Of a stretch of 64,000 nucleotides of DNA, positions 40,670 through 50,176 are shown in pieces. The DNA comes from an uncultured Gammaproteobacteria bacterium. GTDB lineage: Bacteria > Patescibacteriota > Patescibacteriia > Magasanikbacterales > UBA922. The first letter of the stretch is position 1. Each line of letters begins with the position of its first letter. Both the position numbers and the translations under genes were made by a program. The notes below the pieces were generated by a model, which ran no database searches, was not told where the DNA came from, and saw nothing but the letters and a program-made list of their open reading frames with translations. The stretch is taken from the NCBI GenBank assembly GCA_964447765.1, contig CAYUTO010000004.1:22561-86560 (forward strand). The letters are read 5' to 3'.

Positions 40670-41171
40670 AGCATTCCCCCGAAATTCTCTCGCATGGCAT
40701 TGCAAGAGCAAAGTCGCTCATACAGGCTTCCCCACCGCGGGTAGACTTGTTCAAGCGAGTTTTATATATACACCACAATGTACAAATAACACTCGCCGAT
40801 CAAAGTCTACAAACGTAAATTTCAATATAAACTTTTGAAAGAACTATTTCCCGATATGCGGGAAGAAGAATGTACAAAAGGATACACACTCTTCTTCACG
40901 TATATTTTCCAGAAAAAAAGACCCCAAACACTTGATTGTGCATGGGGCCTAGAAGGTTTAAGGTTACATGAATCTATTTCATCTCAAACCACTTCTTACC
41001 CCATGCGTATAATCCACCATTGCAAAACAAAAGTTCACCTTGCAAAGGCGGTTGAGAATGAGAGTAATAATTGTATGAGAAAATAATTTCATAAGTTTGT
41101 TACAACACATATCTGACTATAACTCTGAATTTTTACGCGGTCAAGTTTTTTGAAGTTACTTATCCACAAGT

Positions 41172-41211
41172 AAAAAATAAAAAAGTCCCGCTTATAGCGA
41201 GACTTTTTTTC
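41172..41211. terminator. Bidirectional hairpin terminator downstream of ndk
   Basis: gtcccgcttatagcgagac flanked by an A-run and ttttttt. Confidence 0.65.
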
Positions 41212-41220
41212 TCTAAAACA

Positions 41221-41703
41221 TTACACTCTCTCATCTTCAGTATACACATGGAGATAATCACTCTTCTCATATCCATGCAATTCATCCGCTTTGAAAAAGC
41301 GTTGTACTTCGGCTTGCGCAGCTTCGACAGAATCTGATGCATGAATCACGTTACATGCGACACTCATAGCATAATCTCCTCGGATAGACCCAGCTTCAGC
41401 AGTCCGAGCTTTGGTAATTCCAGTAATGAGCCGTATTGCATTCACTACTTCAAGCCCTTCCCATACTTGCACAATCACGGGTGAGCTCATCATAAATCGC
41501 TCCACTCCAGGATAAAAAGGTTTTTCAGCAATATGAGAATAATGCTCACGAAGAACTGCTTCTTCGAGCCTCATCATTTTCATACCTACCAATTTCAAAC
41601 CCTTCTGTTCGAATCGATCGGTAATCTTACCTACCAACCCGCGCTGGATTGCGTCTGGCTTAATAATTACAAGTGTTTTTTCTTCTAATCCTTCAAATTT
41701 CAT
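41221..41703 (-). CDS. ndk: Nucleoside diphosphate kinase
   Basis: Conserved NDK block KTLVIIKPDA...NVIHASD. Confidence 0.9.
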   Translation of the reverse strand: MKFEGLEEKTLVIIKPDAIQRGLVGKITDRFEQKGLKLVGMKMMRLEEAVLREHYSHIAEKPFYPGVERFMMSSPVIVQVWEGLEVVNAIRLITGITKARTAEAGSIRGDYAMSVACNVIHASDSVEAAQAEVQRFFKADELHGYEKSDYLHVYTEDERV

Positions 41704-41843
41704 AGAGATTTTTGATTAGATGAATTAATGGGGAGCATTATAGCCGGAAATATGCTTACTGTCAAGCAAGTTGATGACAAAAAAAATATGCTGAAAATAT
41801 AAAAAATGCTATAATACGTCAATCTATAATTTTATTCTTCTAT

Positions 41844-42740
41844 ATGGCACTTGCTTTTGAACGAAATCTTGATGGTCTAAAAAACCATGAACCAAAAAAA
41901 AGGAAAAAGCGTGAGATAAAATTAAAAGAAATACCAGATGCAGAGATGGTTCTTGAACCAGAAGAAGAAAACAAATATGAAGGATTTCATAAATTAATTC
42001 AAGATACATCTGAATCTGATGAAATTCTAGAAAAAATTGAAAAACATCCTGAAGTTAAAAAAGCATTTGATCAGTGGAAAGATGTATCGGAAGACGTTAT
42101 TGGAAATAGTATTTCAAAAGAAGAAGCAATTCATTTCCTTGACTGGGCAATGGACAATAAAAAAATTGATTTCTCTGAATATGATGATGCATGGGAGCTC
42201 TATCTCAAACTCAATGCGCATAATGCATCAAAAAAATCCCACAACATAGACCAACAATCTATCAAAAGAATTTCAGATACTATTGCTTCTCTACCAGATA
42301 AAGCAGAAGGATTTACTCCCACAGAAGACAACCGAAAGCTTGTACTTTACCGTCAACGATTCGAAGAAGTCTATGGCATATTACTAAACGACGAGGGTAA
42401 TCCAGCATCACAGTCAGATGAAGATAAAGTATCAAAAATGATGAGCCTCGTTGATGCAGATGTAAAAAAAATTCAACGCTCTGGAATCCTTGGAAAAATT
42501 AAAGGATTGGTGAGCGATCTCATGGCGTCAGACCAAGACCGACTCCAGGCGCAAGCATTTCAAAGAGATTTCAGTGAATACAATAGATTGTCACAAGAAG
42601 TTTCTGCTGCACGATATAACCCAGATGACTTTGAAGAAACTAGTAACACAGAGGTAGAAGAAGTGGAAAATAAAAAAACAAGAAAGACAAAACCTGCAGC
42701 ACGACGCACCAAGAGACCTCGAAAAGAAAAACTATCCTAA
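41844..42740 (+). CDS. Hypothetical Lys/Glu/Asp-rich protein (298 aa)
   Basis: ORF with an extended -10 region (tgctataat) about 30 nt upstream and a terminator downstream; no recognisable domain. Confidence 0.5.
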   Translation: MALAFERNLDGLKNHEPKKRKKREIKLKEIPDAEMVLEPEEENKYEGFHKLIQDTSESDEILEKIEKHPEVKKAFDQWKDVSEDVIGNSISKEEAIHFLDWAMDNKKIDFSEYDDAWELYLKLNAHNASKKSHNIDQQSIKRISDTIASLPDKAEGFTPTEDNRKLVLYRQRFEEVYGILLNDEGNPASQSDEDKVSKMMSLVDADVKKIQRSGILGKIKGLVSDLMASDQDRLQAQAFQRDFSEYNRLSQEVSAARYNPDDFEETSNTEVEEVENKKTRKTKPAARRTKRPRKEKLS

Positions 42741-42743
42741 CAT

Positions 42744-42776
42744 AAAAACTCTCCCTATATTCGGGAGAGTTTTTAA
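42744..42776. terminator. Bidirectional terminator between convergent genes
   Basis: aaaaactctccctatattcgggagagttttt. Confidence 0.65.
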
Positions 42777-42780
42777 TTCT

Positions 42781-44826
42781 TCAGAGTTCATCCAATGACT
42801 TCAAAAAACTTCGAACCGGCTTATTACTATCATCTGCCTCATAGGTAATATCATCAACATCATCACTCGGATCAGAAAACACGAGCGTACTCGATCCCTG
42901 ACTTCGCTCATGAAGAATAAGACTCCGATCAATCTCTTCGATAAATCTACTCGGTCCCTGAAGGACGCTAAATGAACTCGCGAGCAATGGATATGAGAGG
43001 TATAAAAACTTTTTTGCACGAGTAATTGCAACATAGAATAATCGCCTCTCTTCTTCGACACCATCCACTTCCCTCATCGATCGCTCACTCGGAAATTGAC
43101 CAGCAGAAACATGGAGGATAAATACAGCTTCCCACTCCAGTCCTTTGGCTTGGTGAATAGTAGAAAGTACAATTTTTTCAGTATCTTCTTCTGCATTTTT
43201 TGCAACTTTACCCGAATAACTCTCCTGCAAACTTGCTTCAGCAAGAAATTCTGATAATCGTGATTCTCCAGATTCTGTAATATATTGATCCGCAAATAAG
43301 GCAAGTTGTTCAATATCTTGTAATCGTTCACGATAATCTGGATATTCTGCTTCCAGATAGTCTTTGTAGGGCGAAGCCAAAATTCCACGAATCATTTCTC
43401 CAGGACCCCGAGTCTCAGACGCAATAACTTCATTCCAAATTCGAATAAACTCTCCCCAACCCAATTGTCCACGTACAGAAAGAATACTACCTACATGGTC
43501 AATTGGGTCGTTCGGTGCCAGTCCACGAACCATATCAATAACTTTTTCAGCACCCGACGGACCAATACCAGTCTGCATGGTAAGTACCCGCATCCACGCA
43601 ATAGAGTCTCCTCGGTTCGCAAATATACGCAAATATGCGAGTGTGTCCTTCACGTGTGCGCGTTCAAAAAATCGCACACCTCCACGGTAGTCATAAGGAA
43701 TTTGTCTCCGTGTAAGTTCAATTTCAAGTGATTGTGAATGGAATGCCGCACGAAATAACACAGCGATTTCAGACAGCGGAACTCCCTCTTCTGATAATTC
43801 AAGAATTCGGTCGGCGATAAATCGAGCTTCTTCAAATGCATCGACAAATGCATGTACTTCGGGCTTGGTAAAACTCTCCCGGATACTTCGCAATTCTTTT
43901 TTATACTGTTTTTTATTCTGTGCAATTACTTCATTAGCAACTCCGAGAATATCTGGAGTGGAGCGATAATTCGTTTCAAGTCGAAAAATTTTTGCATCGG
44001 TGTGTGTATGTTCGAAATCAAGAATGTTCGTTATATCAGCAGCACGGAATGAATAAATGCTCTGAGCATCATCCCCCACTACCAATAGGTTCTGATGAAC
44101 AATAGCAAAAAACCGAATAATAGACGCCTGAATCTTATTCGTATCCTGATACTCGTCTACTAAAATATACTGAAACTGTGTTGCGTATTTTTTTCGCACC
44201 TGTTCTGATGATGAAAGTAATAAAAATAAATTCACCAGTAAATCATCAAAATCCATGACATTGCTTTCTCGCTTTCTTCTGCCATAATCTTCTGCAATGC
44301 GGGATAATGCATCAGCAAAATCTACCCACTGTGGATGTTTTTCGAGGAGCACGTCCCCGACCGTGCGCTCTGCATTTCGTGCAAAACTTAAGAGTGATGC
44401 AACCACTGCTGGTGACGGAAATTTTTTATGTGATCGCTGCACCCCTTCACTCCCAATACAAAGTTTGATCATGTCACGCGCATCTTCTGAATCAAGAATA
44501 TTAAACGTATTTGCATAACCAAGTAATGGCGCATACTGTTTGAGTATGCGATACGCAATATGATGGAATGTTCCAGACCACGGTAATTTCACTCCACCCT
44601 CTGTAAACGATTCGACGCGATGAAGCATTTCTCGTGCAGCTTTATTGGTAAAAGTGAGCAACAAAATTGAAGAAGGATCAATACCCTTCTCCAATAAATA
44701 TGCAACTCGATAGGTAATTGCGCGTGTCTTCCCACTCCCGGCTCCCGCAAGTACAAGACACGGTCCATCACCATGCAACACGACATCCAGTTGTTCTGTA
44801 TTTAATTCTTTTTGAAAATCGATCAT
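42781..44826 (-). CDS. pcrA: ATP-dependent DNA helicase, UvrD/PcrA/Rep family
   Basis: N-terminal LNTEQLDVV...LVLAGAGSGKTRAITYRVAYLL (Walker A), DEYQDTN (motif II), and a C-terminal UvrD-like region. Confidence 0.85.
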   Translation of the reverse strand: MIDFQKELNTEQLDVVLHGDGPCLVLAGAGSGKTRAITYRVAYLLEKGIDPSSILLLTFTNKAAREMLHRVESFTEGGVKLPWSGTFHHIAYRILKQYAPLLGYANTFNILDSEDARDMIKLCIGSEGVQRSHKKFPSPAVVASLLSFARNAERTVGDVLLEKHPQWVDFADALSRIAEDYGRRKRESNVMDFDDLLVNLFLLLSSSEQVRKKYATQFQYILVDEYQDTNKIQASIIRFFAIVHQNLLVVGDDAQSIYSFRAADITNILDFEHTHTDAKIFRLETNYRSTPDILGVANEVIAQNKKQYKKELRSIRESFTKPEVHAFVDAFEEARFIADRILELSEEGVPLSEIAVLFRAAFHSQSLEIELTRRQIPYDYRGGVRFFERAHVKDTLAYLRIFANRGDSIAWMRVLTMQTGIGPSGAEKVIDMVRGLAPNDPIDHVGSILSVRGQLGWGEFIRIWNEVIASETRGPGEMIRGILASPYKDYLEAEYPDYRERLQDIEQLALFADQYITESGESRLSEFLAEASLQESYSGKVAKNAEEDTEKIVLSTIHQAKGLEWEAVFILHVSAGQFPSERSMREVDGVEEERRLFYVAITRAKKFLYLSYPLLASSFSVLQGPSRFIEEIDRSLILHERSQGSSTLVFSDPSDDVDDITYEADDSNKPVRSFLKSLDEL

Positions 44827-44948
44827 AGATATAATCTCGTAATATAAACTCGTAAGCTACGTAACCAGGTACGTAGCTTTGTTGTCTCCTTGCGGCGGTA
44901 AGAATAGTACATTCCTCCCGCCGCTCTTGAGTTATCCCCCCACTCTAC

Positions 44949-45251
44949 TCACCCAGCGAGATTGGTTTCTTCCGGAACCTTCAACTTGCTCTGCCTACGC
45001 ATAGCCTTTTTGGAGAGCTTGGACTCGAACGGCACCACCTTTCGATCAGATGAGCCATTCTCGGCATCAGACTCTGCGCTTCGCAAAGACACTTCTTTGG
45101 AATGGTGAGGACACTTAGTGTAATCACCTCCATTGCGATAGCAGCCAGTACATTCACTCGCCACTGTATTGATGACTGTATGATCCTCCGGATCGCCGAC
45201 TGTAATTTTGGCACAAACACAGCCACACCCGCATTGAGCGATCACGTACAT
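44949..45251 (-). CDS. Small Cys-rich protein (about 100 aa) in a G+C-rich islet
   Basis: CGCGCVC...CTGC...NGGDYTKCPHH. Start chosen at the ATG at 45251 without a clear SD; the NG(G)DY-x-C motif resembles the one in 40127..40345. Confidence 0.35.
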   Translation of the reverse strand: MYVIAQCGCGCVCAKITVGDPEDHTVINTVASECTGCYRNGGDYTKCPHHSKEVSLRSAESDAENGSSDRKVVPFESKLSKKAMRRQSKLKVPEETNLAG

Positions 45252-45399
45252 AGGGCCCCGCACTGTAATGAGAAAGGGTAAAGGACAAAAAATTAAATGA
45301 ACGATAAATCGATACAACCTCCTTTACTAAAGAAATACACTGATTCAAATCATAGCCCCAATTGAAAAAAAACACAACTTCTGTTAGTGTTAGCACTAT

Positions 45400-46563
45400 A
45401 TGTTTTGGAAGACAATAAAAAAATCTAGTGAATGTGGTGCACGTGCTGGCATCATTCACACTGACCATGGAGATATTGAAACTCCTATTTTTATGCCTGT
45501 TGGAACTCAGGCAAGTGTCAAAACATTAGATACTCATGACATCAAAAATACGGGCGCAGAAATAATCTTAGCCAATACCTATCACCTCCATCTCCGCCCA
45601 GGAGAAGATTTAATTGATACAGCAGGTGGTCTCCACAAATTCATGGGTTGGGATAAACCAATGCTTACTGATAGTGGCGGATTCCAAGTACTATCACTCG
45701 GAGCACAAAAAACTCGAAATAAAGGCGGAGAGGCGTTATCAAAAATTGATGACAATGGAGTAACGTTCAAAAGCCATATCGACGGATCTACTCATCGCTT
45801 TACTCCAGAAATCGCAATTGATATTCAGCATAAACTTGGCGCTGACATTATTATGGTGTTCGACGAATGCACTCCAGACGATGCAAATGAAGAATATGCA
45901 AAAAAAGCGCTTGAACGAACTCATCGCTGGGCGAAAGAATCACTCGAGGCACACAAAAAAGAAACCAATCGCCATGGTTACAACCAATTCTTATTTGGAA
46001 TTATTCAAGGTGGAGTTCATAAAGACTTACGAATCGAAAGTGCCAAAGCTATTTGCAACATGGACTTTGACGGAATTGCGGTTGGAGGAGAATCAGTCGG
46101 GTACAATATGCCAATAACCCGTGAAATCTTGCAATGGGTAGCTCCACACTTACCAGAAAATAAACCACACTACACCATGGGTGTCGGTTATTCACCTATG
46201 GATTTATTTGATGTAGTAGAACATGGAATTGATATGTTCGACTGTGTTGCTCCGACTAGGGTTGCGAGAAACGGTACATTATTTGATCAGTCAGCAAAAG
46301 ATTCTAACTTTAGAATCTCAATTACTAATGCAAAATATAGAGAAGATTTTTCTCCCATCGATCCAACAAACACCCTTCCTCCACATCTCAACGTTACACG
46401 AGCATACCTTCATCACCTCTTCAAAGCAGAAGAGCTCGCAGCCTATCGAATTGCAACTATGCACAATCTTACCTTCCTTCTCAAACTGATGAAAGAAATG
46501 CGTGTGGCAATTATCGAAGACAGATTTTTTGAATTTAAAAAATCATGGATTGAAGGAAATTAG
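45400..46563 (+). CDS. tgt: Queuine tRNA-ribosyltransferase
   Basis: Conserved TGT blocks (PIFMPVGTQASVK, LTDSGGFQV, zinc-subdomain region); 387 aa. Confidence 0.9.
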   Translation: MFWKTIKKSSECGARAGIIHTDHGDIETPIFMPVGTQASVKTLDTHDIKNTGAEIILANTYHLHLRPGEDLIDTAGGLHKFMGWDKPMLTDSGGFQVLSLGAQKTRNKGGEALSKIDDNGVTFKSHIDGSTHRFTPEIAIDIQHKLGADIIMVFDECTPDDANEEYAKKALERTHRWAKESLEAHKKETNRHGYNQFLFGIIQGGVHKDLRIESAKAICNMDFDGIAVGGESVGYNMPITREILQWVAPHLPENKPHYTMGVGYSPMDLFDVVEHGIDMFDCVAPTRVARNGTLFDQSAKDSNFRISITNAKYREDFSPIDPTNTLPPHLNVTRAYLHHLFKAEELAAYRIATMHNLTFLLKLMKEMRVAIIEDRFFEFKKSWIEGN

Positions 46564-46675
46564 ATTCCGCCTTAATTCTGTTAAATTAGTTCGATTCCGT
46601 GTTCCATTAAGCGAATGTTTAATAGAACACGGATTGGACAGAATCACACGGAATAAAAAACGGATAAAATACCAT

Positions 46676-47146
46676 ATGATGCGAATTACCATAATATCAA
46701 TCGGCAAACTCAAAGAGTCATACTGGAAAGATGCAGAAAGTGAATATCTGAAACGGCTTTCCGCCTTTGCAAAAGTTGAAATTATAGAACACAAAGAAAT
46801 TGGTTTTTCGGAAAAAGATACTATTGAATCAATAAAAGAAAAAGAAGTTGAGATAATATTCAACTCTATTCCAGCGTCTTCGTACATAATTGCGCTTGAC
46901 CCACACGGAAAAGAATTATCATCTGAATCACTTTCAAAAAATATAAGTGACCTTGAACACACGACTTCTCACCTCACCTTCATCATCGGCGGACCACTTG
47001 GAATTCACGAATCAGTTTTCAAAAAAACTAACCTCAAACTTTCACTCTCTCTGCTCACTTTTACCCACCAAATGACCCGTATCATTCTCCTCGAACAAAT
47101 TTACCGAGTGTACATGATCAAAACAGGAAAATCATATCACCACTAA
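46676..47146 (+). CDS. rlmH: 23S rRNA (pseudouridine1915-N3)-methyltransferase RlmH
   Basis: SPOUT-class sequence of about 155 aa (MMRITIISIGKLK...FIIGGPLG...ILLEQIYR). The ORF-track N-terminal extension overlaps tgt and was trimmed to the ATG at 46676. Confidence 0.8.
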   Translation: MMRITIISIGKLKESYWKDAESEYLKRLSAFAKVEIIEHKEIGFSEKDTIESIKEKEVEIIFNSIPASSYIIALDPHGKELSSESLSKNISDLEHTTSHLTFIIGGPLGIHESVFKKTNLKLSLSLLTFTHQMTRIILLEQIYRVYMIKTGKSYHH

Positions 47147-47241
47147 ACCTTGACAAATACGCTCACGTGGAGTAAACTGTCCCGGTCTCTAAACAAACGT
47201 ATACGAGAAGTATACGTTTTGTGTTCCAAAGGAGGAACCAC

Positions 47242-47430
47242 ATGCAAGACATCATCAAGTCGTCCCAGAATCAGATCATCCCAGCCGCCGACCTGTCACG
47301 ACTCGTTCGTAACCAGATCCGTCTGCGGATCAAGAACTTCGGGATGCAGCTCGGTTCCCGAGCCATCGCTACCATGATGGGAAGCTCGCTCTCCGTCGGC
47401 CTCAGCGACAGGAGGAAGTCCAAGAAGTGA
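47242..47430 (+). CDS. Small basic protein (62 aa) in a G+C-rich islet
   Basis: SD AAGGAGG 6 nt upstream of the ATG at 47242; a hairpin with a U-tract lies downstream (about 47440..47545). Confidence 0.4.
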   Translation: MQDIIKSSQNQIIPAADLSRLVRNQIRLRIKNFGMQLGSRAIATMMGSSLSVGLSDRRKSKK

Positions 47431-47581
47431 CAGATGTTGGAGCGGGAGGACAGAGATACAATCAAAAACCACCCGCTACCACAAGATATTCTAAATAGAT
47501 TGGAATACGTTGTGGGAGAATCCGGGTGGTTTTTTGTTTAATTAGCCAATAGGAAAATACAAATTTGTATTTTCCTATGAA

Positions 47582-48664
47582 CTAATAAATAAACATCGCA
47601 TCACCAAAACTATAAAATCGATATTCTTTTTCTACTGCTGTTTTGTAACAATTCAAAATAAATTCTCGATCCCCTGCTAAAGCTGACACAAGCATAAGAA
47701 GCGTTGATTTTGGAAGATGAAAATTAGTAATCATTGCATCAACAATACTGAATTCAAATCCAGGTGTAATAAAAATATTAATATCTCCTGTGTATGCACT
47801 CATTGTCCCATGATGAAGCAAAGCAACACCTTCGAGCGTCCGTGCAGTCGTCGTACCAATAGCAATCACTCGTCTTCCCTCTTTTTTTGCAGCAGTAATA
47901 ATTTCTGAAGTTTCTTCTATTACTTCCACCCACTCACTATGCATCGTATGATCTTCAATTCTCTCAGACTTTACTGGAAGAAAAGTTCCGAGCCCCACAT
48001 GCAAAGTTACTTCTGCAAATATAATCCCTTTTTGTTTTAACTTTTCTATTAATTCAGGGGTAAAATGAAATCCAGCAGTAGGCGCTGCAACTGATCCTTC
48101 AGGCTTTGCATACACGGTCTGATAACTCTCAAGCTCATGTGGTTCATCTTTGACATACGGAGGAATAGGAATTGATCCATATTGATTTGCTTTTCTTCGC
48201 ACCTCATCATCAGTATCAGAAAACTGCACAAGGATTGTTCCATCTTTTTCTTTAAACATCACTTCACAATAAAAATCCGGAGCAAATCGTACCACCATAC
48301 CAGTCTGAATTCTCCGACCTGGTTTTCCAAGTACTTTCCACACACCACTATTTTCCATGGAGCGCACCAAAAATATTTCCACTTCTTTCTGGTTCAATAA
48401 CGCATGGTCGGGAACTCCATCCTGATTCGCATCAGTATTTCCTGCTTCCAATTTTCCAATTAAGCGTGCTTTAAACACTTTGGAATTATTCCAGACAAGC
48501 ACATCACCAGATTGTAAGTAATCAATAATATCATAAAAATGACGATCAACCGTCGTCTTATTTTCCCGGTCAATCACCATGAGTCGTGAATGATCTCGTG
48601 GTTCGACAGATTGCTGAGCAATCCGTTCGTCAGGGAGGATATAGTCAAAGTCTTTGGTATGCAT
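47582..48664 (-). CDS. queA: S-adenosylmethionine:tRNA ribosyltransferase-isomerase
   Basis: N-terminal FDYILPDERIAQ and the overall QueA pattern; 360 aa. Confidence 0.9.
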   Translation of the reverse strand: MHTKDFDYILPDERIAQQSVEPRDHSRLMVIDRENKTTVDRHFYDIIDYLQSGDVLVWNNSKVFKARLIGKLEAGNTDANQDGVPDHALLNQKEVEIFLVRSMENSGVWKVLGKPGRRIQTGMVVRFAPDFYCEVMFKEKDGTILVQFSDTDDEVRRKANQYGSIPIPPYVKDEPHELESYQTVYAKPEGSVAAPTAGFHFTPELIEKLKQKGIIFAEVTLHVGLGTFLPVKSERIEDHTMHSEWVEVIEETSEIITAAKKEGRRVIAIGTTTARTLEGVALLHHGTMSAYTGDINIFITPGFEFSIVDAMITNFHLPKSTLLMLVSALAGDREFILNCYKTAVEKEYRFYSFGDAMFIY

Positions 48665-48674
48665 AGATTAGTAT

Positions 48675-48791
48675 TGTGTCATTCCGAGCGAAGCGTAGCG
48701 AAGTCGAGGAATCCCTTGTTTAAAGTAATATTAACTTAATGCAAGGGATTCCTCGACTCCCCTCAAAGACTCGGGTCGCTCGGAATGACAC
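48675..48791. repeat. Structured palindromic element, copy 2 (family A), intergenic, 11 nt upstream of the queA start codon
   Basis: Perfect nested inverted repeats: gtcattccgagcg/cgctcggaatgac (outer) and gtcgaggaatcccttg/caagggattcctcgac (inner). Homologous to 6409..6528. Confidence 0.75.
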
Positions 48792-48829
48792 CGAGCGTAG
48801 AAAAACTCTACCTTAGAGTAAGCATTTTT

Positions 48830-50158
48830 TCAACTCTTATTTTTAGTCACAAACGCATGTACTGCCGGATCAGTCCAGACATGCTCACGTTTGAGCGGAC
48901 GACGAAGATGAAGCCCTTCAAACGTAGTACAGCGAGATAATGCGACATACACCTGGCCAGATACAAAAGTTCCGCTACCAATATCAAGCAATACTCGATC
49001 AAACGTTTTTCCTTGAGCTTTATGAATGGTGACCGCCCATGCAAGCTTCAGCGGATACTGTATAAATGAACCGACTGTTTCTGATTCCACCTGTTTGGTA
49101 GATGGATCAAAATAAAATCGATACATGTCCCAGGTGTACATCCCAATCAATACCTCATCACCTGAATCAAGAGTAACTTTAATCATTTCATCTTCACCTT
49201 CCACTTTAGAAAAACCTTTTACCACACCCATACTTCCATTATGCCATTTTCCCCACGGATCATTATGAAGGACCATCACTCTCGCACCAATTTTTAATTT
49301 GAGTTCAGCGTCAGTCGGAAACGCTCCCCGATCAAATTTATGCTCTACTCTACCAGTGAACACACGTTCTTTCTCTTCTAGAGCCTGCAGTTGCCCCTGA
49401 TTCACCGCAGACGCAAGTGCATTGGTCGTCGTGACCCACACACCATCATATGCAGCATGATCAAAATCTTCATCTACACAACGCTGATTGAGTACTTGTA
49501 GTTGTTCGGAAGTAAGTGTCATATCTCGCACTGCATTCAAGAGTGATATAAAATCTGTATCTGTCTGGCGATACATTTTTTCAAGCTCAATTATTTCTAA
49601 TTCAAAAATTTCTTCTTCGAGCATTTTTTTCTGCTTATTTCCCCCACACACATGCGCGGCAAAAAAATACGGAGAATCATATCGTTCAGAAAAAAACTGC
49701 TGTTCGCCTCTCGTGACCACGGGCGGCAATTGATAGAGGTCACCAATCAGAATCATTTGCACGCCACCAAATGGTTTTCGTTTATCTCTACCAGCTTTCC
49801 TGAGGAATATATCAATACAATCAAATAAGTCAGCCCGAACCATAGAAATCTCATCAATGACAATTGCATCCAGTTCGCGATAAATCTTTTTCTGCTCATC
49901 ATCTCCTCGAGGATTCTTAATAGTGTCAGGCGTAGTCTCTGGGGTAAACCCAAAAAAAGAATGAATCGTCTGCCCTTCCACATTCACTGCCGCAACCCCA
50001 GTCGGCGCCAATACTACAATCTTTTTCTTGGTATGATGACGAAAATAAGTAAGCAAAGTTGATTTTCCAGTCCCCGCGCGACCGGTAATAAAAAGATTCG
50101 TATGGGTGTTCTCCATACGATCGAGGGCTTTTTTGAACTGTACATTTTTATCAATCAT
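48830..50158 (-). CDS. PIF1/RecD-like ATP-dependent DNA helicase
   Basis: Walker A GRAGTGKST, motif II DEISMV, and LIGDLYQLPPV, typical of the PIF1 family. Confidence 0.8.
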   Translation of the reverse strand: MIDKNVQFKKALDRMENTHTNLFITGRAGTGKSTLLTYFRHHTKKKIVVLAPTGVAAVNVEGQTIHSFFGFTPETTPDTIKNPRGDDEQKKIYRELDAIVIDEISMVRADLFDCIDIFLRKAGRDKRKPFGGVQMILIGDLYQLPPVVTRGEQQFFSERYDSPYFFAAHVCGGNKQKKMLEEEIFELEIIELEKMYRQTDTDFISLLNAVRDMTLTSEQLQVLNQRCVDEDFDHAAYDGVWVTTTNALASAVNQGQLQALEEKERVFTGRVEHKFDRGAFPTDAELKLKIGARVMVLHNDPWGKWHNGSMGVVKGFSKVEGEDEMIKVTLDSGDEVLIGMYTWDMYRFYFDPSTKQVESETVGSFIQYPLKLAWAVTIHKAQGKTFDRVLLDIGSGTFVSGQVYVALSRCTTFEGLHLRRPLKREHVWTDPAVHAFVTKNKS

Positions 50159-50176
50159 AGCATCGTCAACTGTACC

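Noticed and set aside
39062-40720. tRNA-Pro as the integration site of the adjacent G+C-rich islet (classic genomic island)
   Set aside because: The islet lies on the 5' side of the tRNA, not at its 3' end. No integrase gene and no direct repeat of the tRNA 3' end were found. The idea is kept only as a weak possibility.
40042-40838. Several overlapping ORFs of 80-156 aa on both strands in the G+C-rich islet
   Set aside because: GC-rich DNA keeps many frames open. Only the two frames with upstream SD-like sequences were retained, at low confidence.
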